A stretch of DNA of 64,000 nt from Phoronis australis (lineage: Eukaryota; Animalia; Phoronida), in contig NMRA01000819.1 of the NCBI GenBank assembly GCA_002633005.1, positions 24,324 through 88,323 of the forward strand. The letters are read 5' to 3'. How positions within the stretch are numbered: the stretch's first letter is position 1; each line of letters opens with the position of its first letter. The position numbers and the translations under genes are program-made. Below are positions 26,676-38,100 of the stretch, piece after piece. The notes under the pieces are model-generated. The model saw only the letters and a program-made list of their open reading frames with translations. It had not been told where the DNA came from and searched no databases.

Positions 26676-29600
26676 NNNNNNNNNNNNNNNNNNNNNNNNN
26701 NNNNNNNNNNNNNNNNNNNNNNNNNNNNNNNNNNNNNNNNNNNNNNNNNNNNNNNNNNNNNNNNNNNNNNNNNNNNNNNNNNNNNNNNNNNNNNNNNNNN
26801 NNNNNNNNNNNNNNNNNNNNNNNNNNNNNNNNNNNNNNNNNNNNNNNNNNNNNNNNNNNNNNNNNNNNNNNNNNNNNNNNNNNNNNNNNNNNNNNNNNNN
26901 NNNNNNNNNNNNNNNNNNNNNNNNNNNNNNNNNNNNNNNNNNNNNNNNNNNNNNNNNNNNNNNNNNNNNNNNNNNNNNNNNNNNNNNNNNNNNNNNNNNN
27001 NNNNNNNNNNNNNNNNNNNNNNNNNNNNNNNNNNNNNNNNNNNNNNNNNNNNNNATAAATTTGACGTTTTTCAATTGTTGTCAACGTGATTCAGCTTAAT
27101 AAAGTGATACCTAATTATTTATTGTCGCTTTTAATAATAGACTATGAGTTGAGAGTACCATCGTGCGCCAGTTTTTCTCGTAACGAGACAGAACACATGT
27201 TTATTTCCGGACTAACAGTACAGGTCTTCGTTCTTAAACAACTTGAGGCTGCTGTTACGCGATCATCTGATATTCAAGTTTTTACGCCACGTCGGTGCTC
27301 CTTAATTATGCTCTTGAATATTTGGAAATTGTCTAAACCCCTGTATCACACCACACTTTTTCGTATTCGACTTTTCGTATGCAAAAAAGGTGTGTGTAAG
27401 CAGATGTTCCAACAAAAATTTTTGCTGGTGGCGTGACTCATACACAAATGTGCACAATATGGTTTCACGAGACTTTTGAGCCAAGTTCATGTGACGAAAT
27501 CGAGAAGGGTTTTTAATTATCTTAAGAAAAGCTCCAGAGACATGTTAAGTGCCAGAAACTTACCAGGATGCCTGGATGGAAATTTCATTATTTGGCTACA
27601 AAAACAAAAAAATATCTTACATGGGAGGGGAAACCCCACTGCCGACCTCCCCCCGCTCGGCGCCACGCGCCTAGGATTCGACCTTGGCGGGAATCTTAAA
27701 CCCTCCCCTTGCTGAAAACGTAGATCCGCCACTGCAGTACTGAAGGGTGTCTTTCGTATTTTCTCAGACTAGGACAGTTCGAGCAGAGCGTCATCTTTGC
27801 AAGTGCTGAGCGTATGACTAAAAAGGCATCTAATGATTAATTATTCTGGCCAAGTAACATCTCAATTGGTCCCCGATATAAGCTTGCCGGGCAGGGGTCC
27901 TGTCTCAGTGACGGATGATAACGCTAAATGGTCGTGAGAGACCGTCCGGAGTTGGTATATGGTGCAACTCCGGACGGTCTGGGGTCAACAGAAAACCACA
28001 GTTCAACTGTGAGTCTACACCAATGTGATAAACGAGAGTAGTTCTACTTGCTGCGTCAGCTGCAGGTATGCTTATCTCTTTTATGACACACAATGTGTGA
28101 CTGGGCAAAGCTTTTTCAAAATAATGTGGATAAATCAGTGGAGTTTGAGACCCCTGAGGTCCCTGTCAAGTCCTCACGACAATTCTACGTTATGGAGGGG
28201 GCCAAGGGGGCCATGGACCCCTAAAATTCTCCCAGATTCCATTTGGCAGTTCGGGGTTGCGAACGTCTGACAGGTAAAATCCTGGCTGGCTAATACTCTG
28301 CCCTGACCCCCTAACTCAAAATCCTGTATCCGCCCCTGTCCCCCCCCCTTTGCTGCAAAAAAGTAAAATGACACGGAAATAAACGGGTGCATTTACTATG
28401 TTGCGGTTAATCGTGAACAAGTACTTTAATGTGTGAGTGTACTTGTGTTGGACACAGACAGTACAAAATGAAAAATATCTCCTCATGATATCCTAGATCT
28501 ACCACTGGGTCCCTCGCCGATTTTCTTCGCAATTTTTTGCACTGATGAAATTTTCTTTCTGGCCTTTATTCTGGCCTCTATTTTGGATCAATATCTCTTC
28601 AAGCTTGCTGTTTACTTTGATTTGTTTGGCACCAGTTTTCTTATCCTCGACTATGACATTGGCTTTTCCTCTGATCGGTTATGGGAGGGAACATTTTTTT
28701 CTCGTGAGTAAAGCTTTTAGCTCCTTTTCGCAAATATCTGCACTGATTCTACTGCTGCGTGCCTTTCTGTACCCACGTAGTATCTAATAGTAACCCAACA
28801 ATTCAATAGGTGGCAGCACTTTGTCTTCAAATCGAGACACTTGCCTAGCACTAGGCCGCTGGATGTTACTACAAGTATTCGGCATGCAATACAATTGCCA
28901 TCATTACAGCGTTCTGTCGTTCAGTAACTTTTCCAGACGTGAGGGGTACTGAACGTGCGATAACATCTGGCTCTTTTGTTAACTGCCCAGGTCAGTCTTT
29001 TGTCCCGTATGATAACAAGCAGGCCAATTATCTCCCAGGCTTCAAAGGAAACGTATGGTGGTTGCACGCTATTACCGAACGCGTATGAACACAGTCAAAC
29101 CCAGTTAAGTTGGTCCCGTTTGGACAGAATAGACTGTCTTAACTTCTGTTGTAGTTGGACGATTTTGGTGCTTCAAAAACGGAACATGATCAGCATTTGA
29201 CGAGGAATTCAGAAATGCTATAGGTTTAAGCTCAGATATGTTATAACTTAACTTTCATTTTTATCAGCCCAGCCCATGCAGTCAGGCTAGATACGATCTG
29301 ATCGGAGATTTGAGCAAATTATCGAACAAAAGAGAGCTGGCCCTCCAACTATAAATGCCAGAATGGAGTTAATCAGTCGTGTAAGATATTGGCTACGGGC
29401 GTAAACTTCCCAACTTGTTGTTGGGCCCTAGAATCGAACAAGTTGGGCTGCAACGGGATGTCGCCGTCATGATGAAAAACAATTATTTTCCCGCCACCAC
29501 TTGCAATATGAAATAGCCTGCCAGGGCACCAAGTCTTTTAACCCAACATAAAAAGTAAAATGCGGAACGACTGTAACGTCAGAAACTTGGCTTTAAATGA

Positions 29601-30052
29601 TCAGACATCTGTGAAGGAAGCTATAGTCTATGAATGGGCTCAACGCCTTGGTAACATGTTTACGCTGTTTCGTGTAATAGTTCGTTTGCTTCGTTTGCTT
29701 CCTCAAGAACTCATTTTGATAGAGGGGGGCTTTTTTCGAAAATCGTGATCGCGCCCTTTTCGTAGCGGTGATTCGAAAAATGCGGCAAAATGCTGATCCG
29801 GGAATACAGATTTGTTTCAAATGAGATCAAAACTAATTTGACACTGGGAATGGGGAAAGGGTTAAAAAACGGGGAACCTGGAATGAGAATGGGAATCTAC
29901 ATGTACTAGGCAACAGGTTTAGAGGTCAAATCAGGTCATAAAGAACATGTACTGTTGCAGGTTTACAAAAAGGACTTCCGACATATATACATTACCCGTT
30001 TACTTGGGACTATATATCTATAGAGAGTGACGTCTGACAGCGTTCTCCATTA

Positions 30053-33000
30053 TTATGCGCCCACATATATATATGTGGACGCATTATGCCGTCATCTCCG
30101 TTCGTCCGACGTCCGTCCGGCGTCTGGCGTCCGCTGGCTCTATTCCCAAAACCCTTTGACATACGTTCATGAAATTTGGCACATATGTTCCATTCATAAA
30201 TGGGATGGATTTCGCTACCGGTGTGCCCCCTAGTGGCAATTCTAGTTTTTTACGTTTACCTTTGTATCTTCAAAAGTCCTAAGCGGATTTTTATGAAATT
30301 TGGTATGTAGGCACCTACATGTACATGTATTACTGGGATGACGCTATCCTTCCGTTTTCGGATGGATTCGACGTAGTTTGCGCCACCTAGTGACCGTTTT
30401 TACTGTTTTCGAGTCTGTTTTTTGCGTCCACCCCTCTATCAACCAAACCGCTCAAAGGATGATTGTGAAAATTGGTATGCATGTTCTTACTATAAAGAGG
30501 ACGGTTGACGATGATTTCCGACGATTTTGACTACTGTGGCACCTCCTACTGGCAGTTTTTTTTTTGCGCCTATGGCTGTATCTCCTATACCGTTCGCAGG
30601 ATCTTTACGAAATTTAGTAAGTATATTTATATGATGTTAAAGGAGAATGCCACCCGATTTATTTAGTCTTTTTTACCGTCTTAATCGGTCTATATCCACA
30701 TCGCCTCTTATACGGTCGACCTCACCTTGCCGAGAGATGTCGCGTTAACTTGTGAGAAAGGTAAGAAACGACGCAGCGACGTCAGTGGTTCGTCTGCAGA
30801 GTTAATGCTACTGTATAGCGGTGCACCGTTCCCGCTTGTGCGAACAATGAAACTGCGAAGAAAGCAGGTATATCGTTTTTTCGACTTTCTCGAGAGTCCG
30901 AAATGCTTAGGAACTGGCTCGCGGTCGGTAGTGAAGAATGAAAGGTAGGCCTACGCTGTTAATAGCAAGTATGAGGCCGTGAAACATCTCCTTGTCTGTT
31001 GCCGGCATTTCGTCGACAGTGTTCTCTGAAGAATTCCGGCTTACCAAAGAACTATCCGTACGTTCCGTTGTCTGTGCATGTTCACGGCGCCTCTCTAGTA
31101 TTTCTTGATCAATGTATTCCGGTTCGAACTGATAGACTGTGGAACCTAACGATCCGACCCGTGAAGTCTTCGTCGGATGACTGGCTTTTGACTAAGTCGG
31201 GATTGGCGCCGGGCGAGTTGCCATATACTCTGCGTTCTGTTTCAAAATGAATTATTCTCATCCTAACCAATGCTTATACAAAACTGAAACAAAGTCTGTC
31301 TCATTACATACAATTTTAATACCTTTGCAGTATTTGCGAGTGCAAATGTTGAGAAGCCATCAATGAATAAACCACTGCGTTACCGGCTTGCCGTGAACAA
31401 AGGTAATTGACCGGGCACCGAAGCCGTGTGAGCGCATGCTAATTCAGTGTTTGCTGACAGAAAGCTGTTTTGAAACAATGACTCGATTTTACATGCTATT
31501 GCCACATGTTAGGGGAATCTTTATTTAGAAATACAAATGCATTAATCATTGTTAATGTACAACCTTTGCTCTGACGGTCTGTGGAAGGGGAACCCAACTT
31601 CGCGGCTCCCGACGAGTAAGTACTAGATTTTCAGTTTCCTGGCTAATTCACGTAAGTAATTACGTCACATTATTTCTTTGGTTCACTATTACCTCACTAT
31701 TATCAGTGTTTTAGTACGGGGTAGGCGCACGTAGGCGCAACCAACCACCTACGCATCGTAAGATAAGTGCAGTGCTCAAGGTGATACGGTGGGCTTTCGG
31801 CGCCTACTTACCTCTACTTTTACCACTGCAGCACTGCTACTCAAGTTGGTTTATGTTCGTGCCAGTCTCGGCGGCGGCGACGGACCTGATCGGGTTCCGA
31901 GCCACTGGCCGGGTAACAAGCGTTTCGTTTGTTTAGAACTCAAAAAATCACAAGTCTAAACAACATAGGTTCTCTTGTCTGTATCTCACGGAAGAACACT
32001 TCGAATTTGTCTCCGAACAGACACCAAGGTCCTGCCACGGACCTTGGTAAATTGGCCTGCCGAACTTTGCAGGCTACGGTGTGTCCAAATACCAATAAAT
32101 CCGTAACAGCGAAATAAAGCATCAGGTTTTCGTAAGAACTCTGTGTATTTTTAAGGGTTTTGCATCCAAGTTTGGTGATTTATTGGTGTTAAACGATGAC
32201 TTCAAGCATTAAGCTGACACCAGTAACCCGTGTTGTGAACTGCTGAACAGACTGCGTGTGAAACCGATGACGTCATTGGATAATTTCAACACCTCCGTCT
32301 GCCGTCAGGTGTCAGGTAACGCAACTGCACGTGCCGTTATCGAGTAGATTTACTCGTTCTAAATTGATACAAAATAGGTTGTTTTTTGGGTGACATTCTC
32401 CTTTAACAACAACTTTCGGACAGATCTGACAACTGGTGTGCCACCTAGTGGCAATTTTATTTTTTTTTACGTTTACCTCTGCATCTTCAAAGGTCCTCGT
32501 CGTATTTTCATAAAATTTGGCATATAGGCATCTATTAATGAGATGTTGCTAACTCTCCGTTTTCAAATGAATTCGACCTAGTTTTGCTCACCTAGTGGCC
32601 ATTTTTACTGTTTTCGAGCTTTTTGGCGTCCACTAATCTGTCAACCAAACCGTTTTCAGGATAATTGTGAAAATTGGCATGTTTTTACAATGATGTGGAC
32701 GGCTGGTGATGATTTTCTGACGATTTCGTTTACTGGGGCGCCTCCTAGTGGCAGTTTTTTTGCGCTCATGGCTGTGTCTCCTAAACTGTTTGCAAGTGTA
32801 TTTATATGATGTTGACTACGGACGACGACGGCTTTCCGACAGATCTGACTACTGGTGCGCTCCCTAGTGGCAATTTTAGTTTTTTACGTTTGCCTCTGTA
32901 TCTTCAAAGGTCCTCGACAGATTTTCATAAAATTTTGAATATAGGTATCTATTGGTGTGATTAAGCTATATTTCTGTTTTTAAATGGAATCGAGGTATTT

Positions 33001-33477
33001 TGCTCCACCTAGTGGCCATTTTTGCGGTTTTCAAATCTTGTTTTTGGCGTTCACCCCTGTATCAACCAAATCATTCGAATATTTGCATAATATGTTCTCA
33101 GTGTGAAGACGACCTCTGACGATGGTGACTAACTACTGTGGCGCCTCCTAGTGGTAGTTTTGTTTTGCGCCCATAGTTGTATCTCCTGAACCCACTGCAG
33201 GATCTTTATTAAATTTAGTAAGTGTACTTATATGAAGATAACAACAGACGACGACGACTTTCATTCGGATTCAACGGACACTGTGCCCACTAGTGGCAAT
33301 TTCATTTTATTCTATTTTCCTTTGTTTCTCTGAAGTTCCTTGACAGATTTTTATGAAATGTGGCATGTTCCTATTTTTGGATGATTGTATGTTTTTTGAT
33401 ACAAATAAATAACCGTAAAAGCACACCATTTGCAATGCATTTGTGGGCGCATTTCAACACTCCGCGTTGCTCTTGTT
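30053..33477 (+). mobile_element. Non-autonomous Helentron-associated (HINE/DINE-1-like) element with internal degenerate tandem array
   Basis: 5' ATGCGCCCAC forming a hairpin with ATGTGGACGCAT, then a GTCC-type microsatellite; internal ~120-150 bp units sharing CCTAGTGGC; 3' subterminal inverted repeat GTGGGCGCAT (33443-33452), then a short stem-loop and CTTGTT. Confidence 0.7.
30641..32402 (+). mobile_element. Kolobok-like non-autonomous DNA transposon with decayed THAP domain, nested in the HINE
   Basis: TTAA at 30637-40 and 32403-06; TIRs AGGAGAATGCCACCC / AGGAGAATGTCACCC (14/15); RCTVPACANN..GISFFRL..LRNW then LVCCRHF with stops and frameshifts at ~30819-31030. Confidence 0.8.
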
Positions 33478-33626
33478 CATTAATTCGTCATTCCACGGAA
33501 AGTGAAGTTGGGGAACACTAACGTGCGTGTTAAGTGATCAACTAGAACTTCATTTGAACGAGCAAAGTTTATTTGATGAGTTACTTTATAAGTAGGGTAC
33601 TAACATCTAAGTGAAGTATATTTGCA

Positions 33627-33843
33627 AGGACATGTCTATTTGTATGCATGTCACTTAAGGACATGTCTATTTGTATGCATGTCACTTAAGGACATGTCTA
33701 TTCGTATGCATGTCACTTAAGGACATGTCTATTTGTATGCATGTCACTTAAGAACATGTCTATTTGTATGCATGTCACTTAAGAACATGTCTATTTGTAT
33801 ACATGTCACTTAAGGACGTGTCTATTTGTATGCATGACACTTA
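33627..33843. repeat. 31-bp minisatellite x7 downstream of the ABCA stop (possibly in the 3' UTR)
   Basis: AAGGACATGTCTATTTGTATGCATGTCACTT; a minus-strand AATAAA lies at 33568-33573. Confidence 0.92.
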
Positions 33844-34115
33844 ATCCTGCTCAGTATCAACATAGATCCTGTGATGAAACTATGAGTAAGAGAAAAACTT
33901 ATTTAAGAAAAAATAACGTTGTCATAAATCTTTAAACATTTCCGAAAGTTTATGTACTTAACGTAGTCGTTGTTAACTTCCAAATGAACGACAATGGCGA
34001 TAAGTCAAAAAGCCTTCGTCGTTGCCTAAGTGTATCGCAAGGGAATTTACATTCATGCCCGTGTCTTTATGGGCAACTTTAGATGCCTGGCAATTCAGCT
34101 TCTTAAAGTTTGTGC

Positions 34116-34674
34116 TTAACGCTTCTTGCGATGGAAAGCAAAGCTCATAAATATCTGAGTCAGAGCGGCCTGTATGACGTAAAAGCTTTCCAAATTTAAC
34201 TTCTCCTTGGCATTGTCCACAACTTTGTGGATTTCCGCCCAGTTCATATTGGTTTCGCGGATCTGGAACGTCAGACGCTCCTTGTCGTCGTCGATGAGAA
34301 AAGAACCCGGGAAAGTCTTGGCCATGAAATCCCGCACGGGTCGGTCCGAGGCGATCGTCTCGTCGTCCATCTCCTTCAGTCGGACGACAAGTGTGCACCC
34401 TTTGCCGTATTTGGAGATAAGATGCGGCACGGAGCCGATACATTGGAATGAGCCGTCGGCGATTATGGCAATAGTAGAGCACAACTCCTCACATTCAGCC
34501 ATGCTGTGTGAGGACATAAAGATGGTAGAGCCTAGCGCACGTTTTTGGTTCAGAACCTGCTTTACTTTCATCTTGGCTACTGGGTCCAGGTGGCTAGTGG
34601 GGTTGTCCAGCAGTAAGATCTGTGGGTCGCTCACAAGGGCAATGGCAATGGCAACCAACCGCCGCTTTGGATCA
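34116..34674 (-). CDS. ABCA-like transporter exon 2 (end of NBD2 and regulatory domain); spliced product 1750 aa
   Basis: cag acceptor at 34675-34677; phase-2 join gives TYS-DPKRRLVAIAIAL..LLLDNPT..SSHSMAECEELC..CIGSVPHLISKYGKG..LTQIFMSF then stop. Confidence 0.92.
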
Positions 34675-35191
34675 CTGTGAAATAAACCGCAGTGGAGCGG
34701 ATAAGGAACAAAAATGTAGACAGACTGAATGACGAATGATAAGGGTGTATTGATTAGTTGCGGTCAAAAGGCACCAAGAGAAATATCTCGTCAGAGATGT
34801 GTCTTGGTTACAGTGTGCACCACGAACTAATTGTTTACAGTCACAGTCAGAGTTGGGAAAGGACGATTAAAATAAGTGGCGATTTTAGACTGTTGAATTC
34901 ATCCCGGCCAGTGACATAAGTGTTGAACTTAATCTGATGAGTAAAATAAAATAAAATTTGTTTCTCGAGCGTGACCGATTGTAACTTAGAGCATGAGTCT
35001 CAATATTCTGTTCTGTAATTGACAAACAATATTTTTCAGTCGTATACGCTACATACTTTGCCGAAACAAAAATGAGCGCTCCCCGACAACTACGAGAGGG
35101 GATATTAACATTTTACAAAGTGACCTAATCATCTCGGAGCAGCAAGGGCGGAGTGAGGGCAAACGAATATGAGTTAAAATGTTGGTCTTAC

Positions 35192-38100
35192 CTATAAGTT
35201 TTTATCCTTTCCTTGCAGAAAACATCAAGTCCAAGAGCATTAATCAGGTTCGTGCAATTCTCGCGCAGTTGCTCCTCTGCCACGCCATGAAGTCGGCCGT
35301 AAAACATAATCGATTCCTCACCCGTCATCCATGAGTGCAGGTAATCATCGTTCTGCGGACAATAGCCAATGAAGGGGCGTGTGTCGTATAACTCCTCAGT
35401 GACGTCATAACCCTTGATAAATATGCTGCCCGAAGTCAAAGATTCCTGGCCTGTTATCAATTTGAAAATTGTGGTCTTGCCAGTTTGGTTCATGCCGAGA
35501 AGACCGAAAAAGGACCCCACGGGAACGCCGAACGTCAGCCTGTCAACGGCAACCCTTTCGCCATAGCACTTGGACACAGCTTGGAATATAATGGCCTCGT
35601 CGGCAAAAGTTTGTTTCTCGTTCACTCGTGTTTCTTCGTCCTGGACGTCGTCCTCGTCAGACTGATTCCCAACAACAATTTGGGGCTTGGGTTCACATTG
35701 TGCAATCTGCCAGCAGCGTTCTACTGCCGGGTCATTGCCGTACTTTTCGGTGAGCGCGATGGCAATCCAATACAAGCAACCATTGAAGAACAGGAAGAAC
35801 ATACAGCTACCTGTCTCGTTCCATGCTAAGTAGTTGTCCTTGTTTTGGAAGCCCATATCCCAGATTGCCTTACCGAGGTTATACTGAGGCAAAAACAGTT
35901 GGAAGAGAGTGTTGAGGAATTCAGTGAGTCCTGGTGCAAGGATATAGGTTTCAGTCGCTTTGGTCAGCGAAAGTGGCAAGAGTGAAGTCACGCCGAAACA
36001 GATTATTATCAACTCCAAGCCTGCAACTGGCTTGTCAAACGCGTGGCATAATAAGTATAGTAGTGGCAACACCGCAAACCCGTACAGGAAGAACGCCATT
36101 GTAAATATCCCAAGGCGCCCTCCTTGATATTCTGGCGCGTTTATGGCTACAAAGATGACAGACATTAACGAGATTCCAACACTGTAAAAAAAGAAGTCCC
36201 AGATGAACGCAGCTGACCAGTAGATCAGAGGCAGAACGCCAGAGACCAACTGCATGTGTTTGGCGTTACTTACATATTCTCGTATTTTGAACATGCTGAA
36301 GAAGGCGGGCAGTATGCTAGCTAGTGCCAGGGATGCAGAAGTAACGAAAAGGCGCATCTGCGTTCCTATAATTCCGCCTGCTACTTGTCTAGTTTTGGTC
36401 GTGGGTATAGGGTGGTTCGTGAGGTGCATGGTATACCCCTCTAGCTTTTGGCTGGACTTAAGGATTGCGTTGTGTATGCTGTTCCACGCAATAGGTTCCA
36501 CGTGATACGGCTCGGTGTTGTAGTAAACCTTCACGTCGAGTCCATTCTCTGTTTCGCGAAATCTAGCAGAGAGTATGTAACTTCGCACCGTCTTCCACCA
36601 GTTGAGAAGAGCCCTACTATGAAAATGATCCGCATCCATTATTTTCTTCGTGTAGATCGCGCTTGTTATGTTGGACACTTCTACTGTTGACGGAAATTGC
36701 TTTCTCCATGCGTCAGCATACATATTGCCGTCATCGCCATATCCCGCGAAACTAACCAAGGGCGATTCATATTGTGTGACAGTTAAGTGCAACTCATCCA
36801 GTGCAACACCCGTGTTTGGAGCAGCAATCAACAGCAAAGACGCAATGAGAAACGAAATTGCCAACAAAATAGGCAGTAATAGCATTATAACCGAAGAAAT
36901 AATACTGCGGCATGAGTGACGCACTGACTTGATTAGCAGTCCTTTCATATGTTCAGCGTACAACTTAATGTTATCTGTCAATGGTCTGGATATCACAGGT
37001 CGAGACTGCCTAGTAGTTTGTCGCCGTAAAGCTTCAAAGTCTTCATCGTCAGGATTTGCACTTTCGTTTTTGGATGTTTCTTGCTGTGCTTTTTGTGTGT
37101 CACCTTTGTGTTCTGTGAGTAGAATTGAATCAACATCGGCTCCCTCGGCCTTCACTGTAGCTACCTTAGCAGTCGGTGTATCGCTTTTGTTAACCTTATC
37201 AAACTTCACGTCTACCAGAGTCTTTTTCCTTGTGAAAGCTGCTGAGTCACGAGCATTTCTTGCACTCCCCTGTAAAGTATTTCTGTGACTAAGCCTTGCT
37301 CTAGTGCCTCCCTTTTCAACGTCAATTGCGAAGAACTTCGTCATTTTTCGTCCTATCTCTATTACCTTGCTCAATCGTTGCTTGAACTTGGATATTTCAG
37401 CGTTTTTAAGCATTAGTTCCCTTAGATCCATCTCGTCTTCTTCAACTACACGGAAGTACATTTCCTCGAGTGAAGAGATGCACACGGAATATCCTAGTAT
37501 GCCTATGTCCTTCTGGGCCGCTTCTAGATCGCGGAATACTTCTTCAAACATTCCGGCGTCTTGGACGGGCATTGAAAATACCATTTCAGTGGTGACACTT
37601 TTTTCCAGCAATGCGTTTGGCATGTGTTTCTGAACATACGCTGTGACACTGTCCACTCTGCAATCAGGCGTCTTTGAAATAATCAAGTGGTAACCGGCTG
37701 CGTAAGAATTTTTCAGAAAATTCGCAGAGCCGTAGCACTGAAGTGTTCCGTTGGCCATAATTCCAACTCTGTCTCCCAAATGTTCAGCCTCGTCTTCAAA
37801 TTCCGTAGTGCACAAAATAGTTTTGTCTCTCTTCAGCTTCTTCAGCAAACCCCATACGTGATGTCTGGTCGAAGGGTCCATGCCTTTTGTAGGTTCATCC
37901 AGGATAACCACTTTTGGATTGCCCATCAGAGACTGAGCAACTGTCAACATTCGCATCTGTGCCACCGGCAAATTTTTAGCAAGCGTTCGCCTATTTTTTC
38001 TTAGACCTGTCGCCTGTAGCATATTGTCAACGGCGTCCTTCAAACGCTTGTAAGAAATCCCTCTTAAACGACCAAAAAATCTCAAATTTTCCTCAACCGT

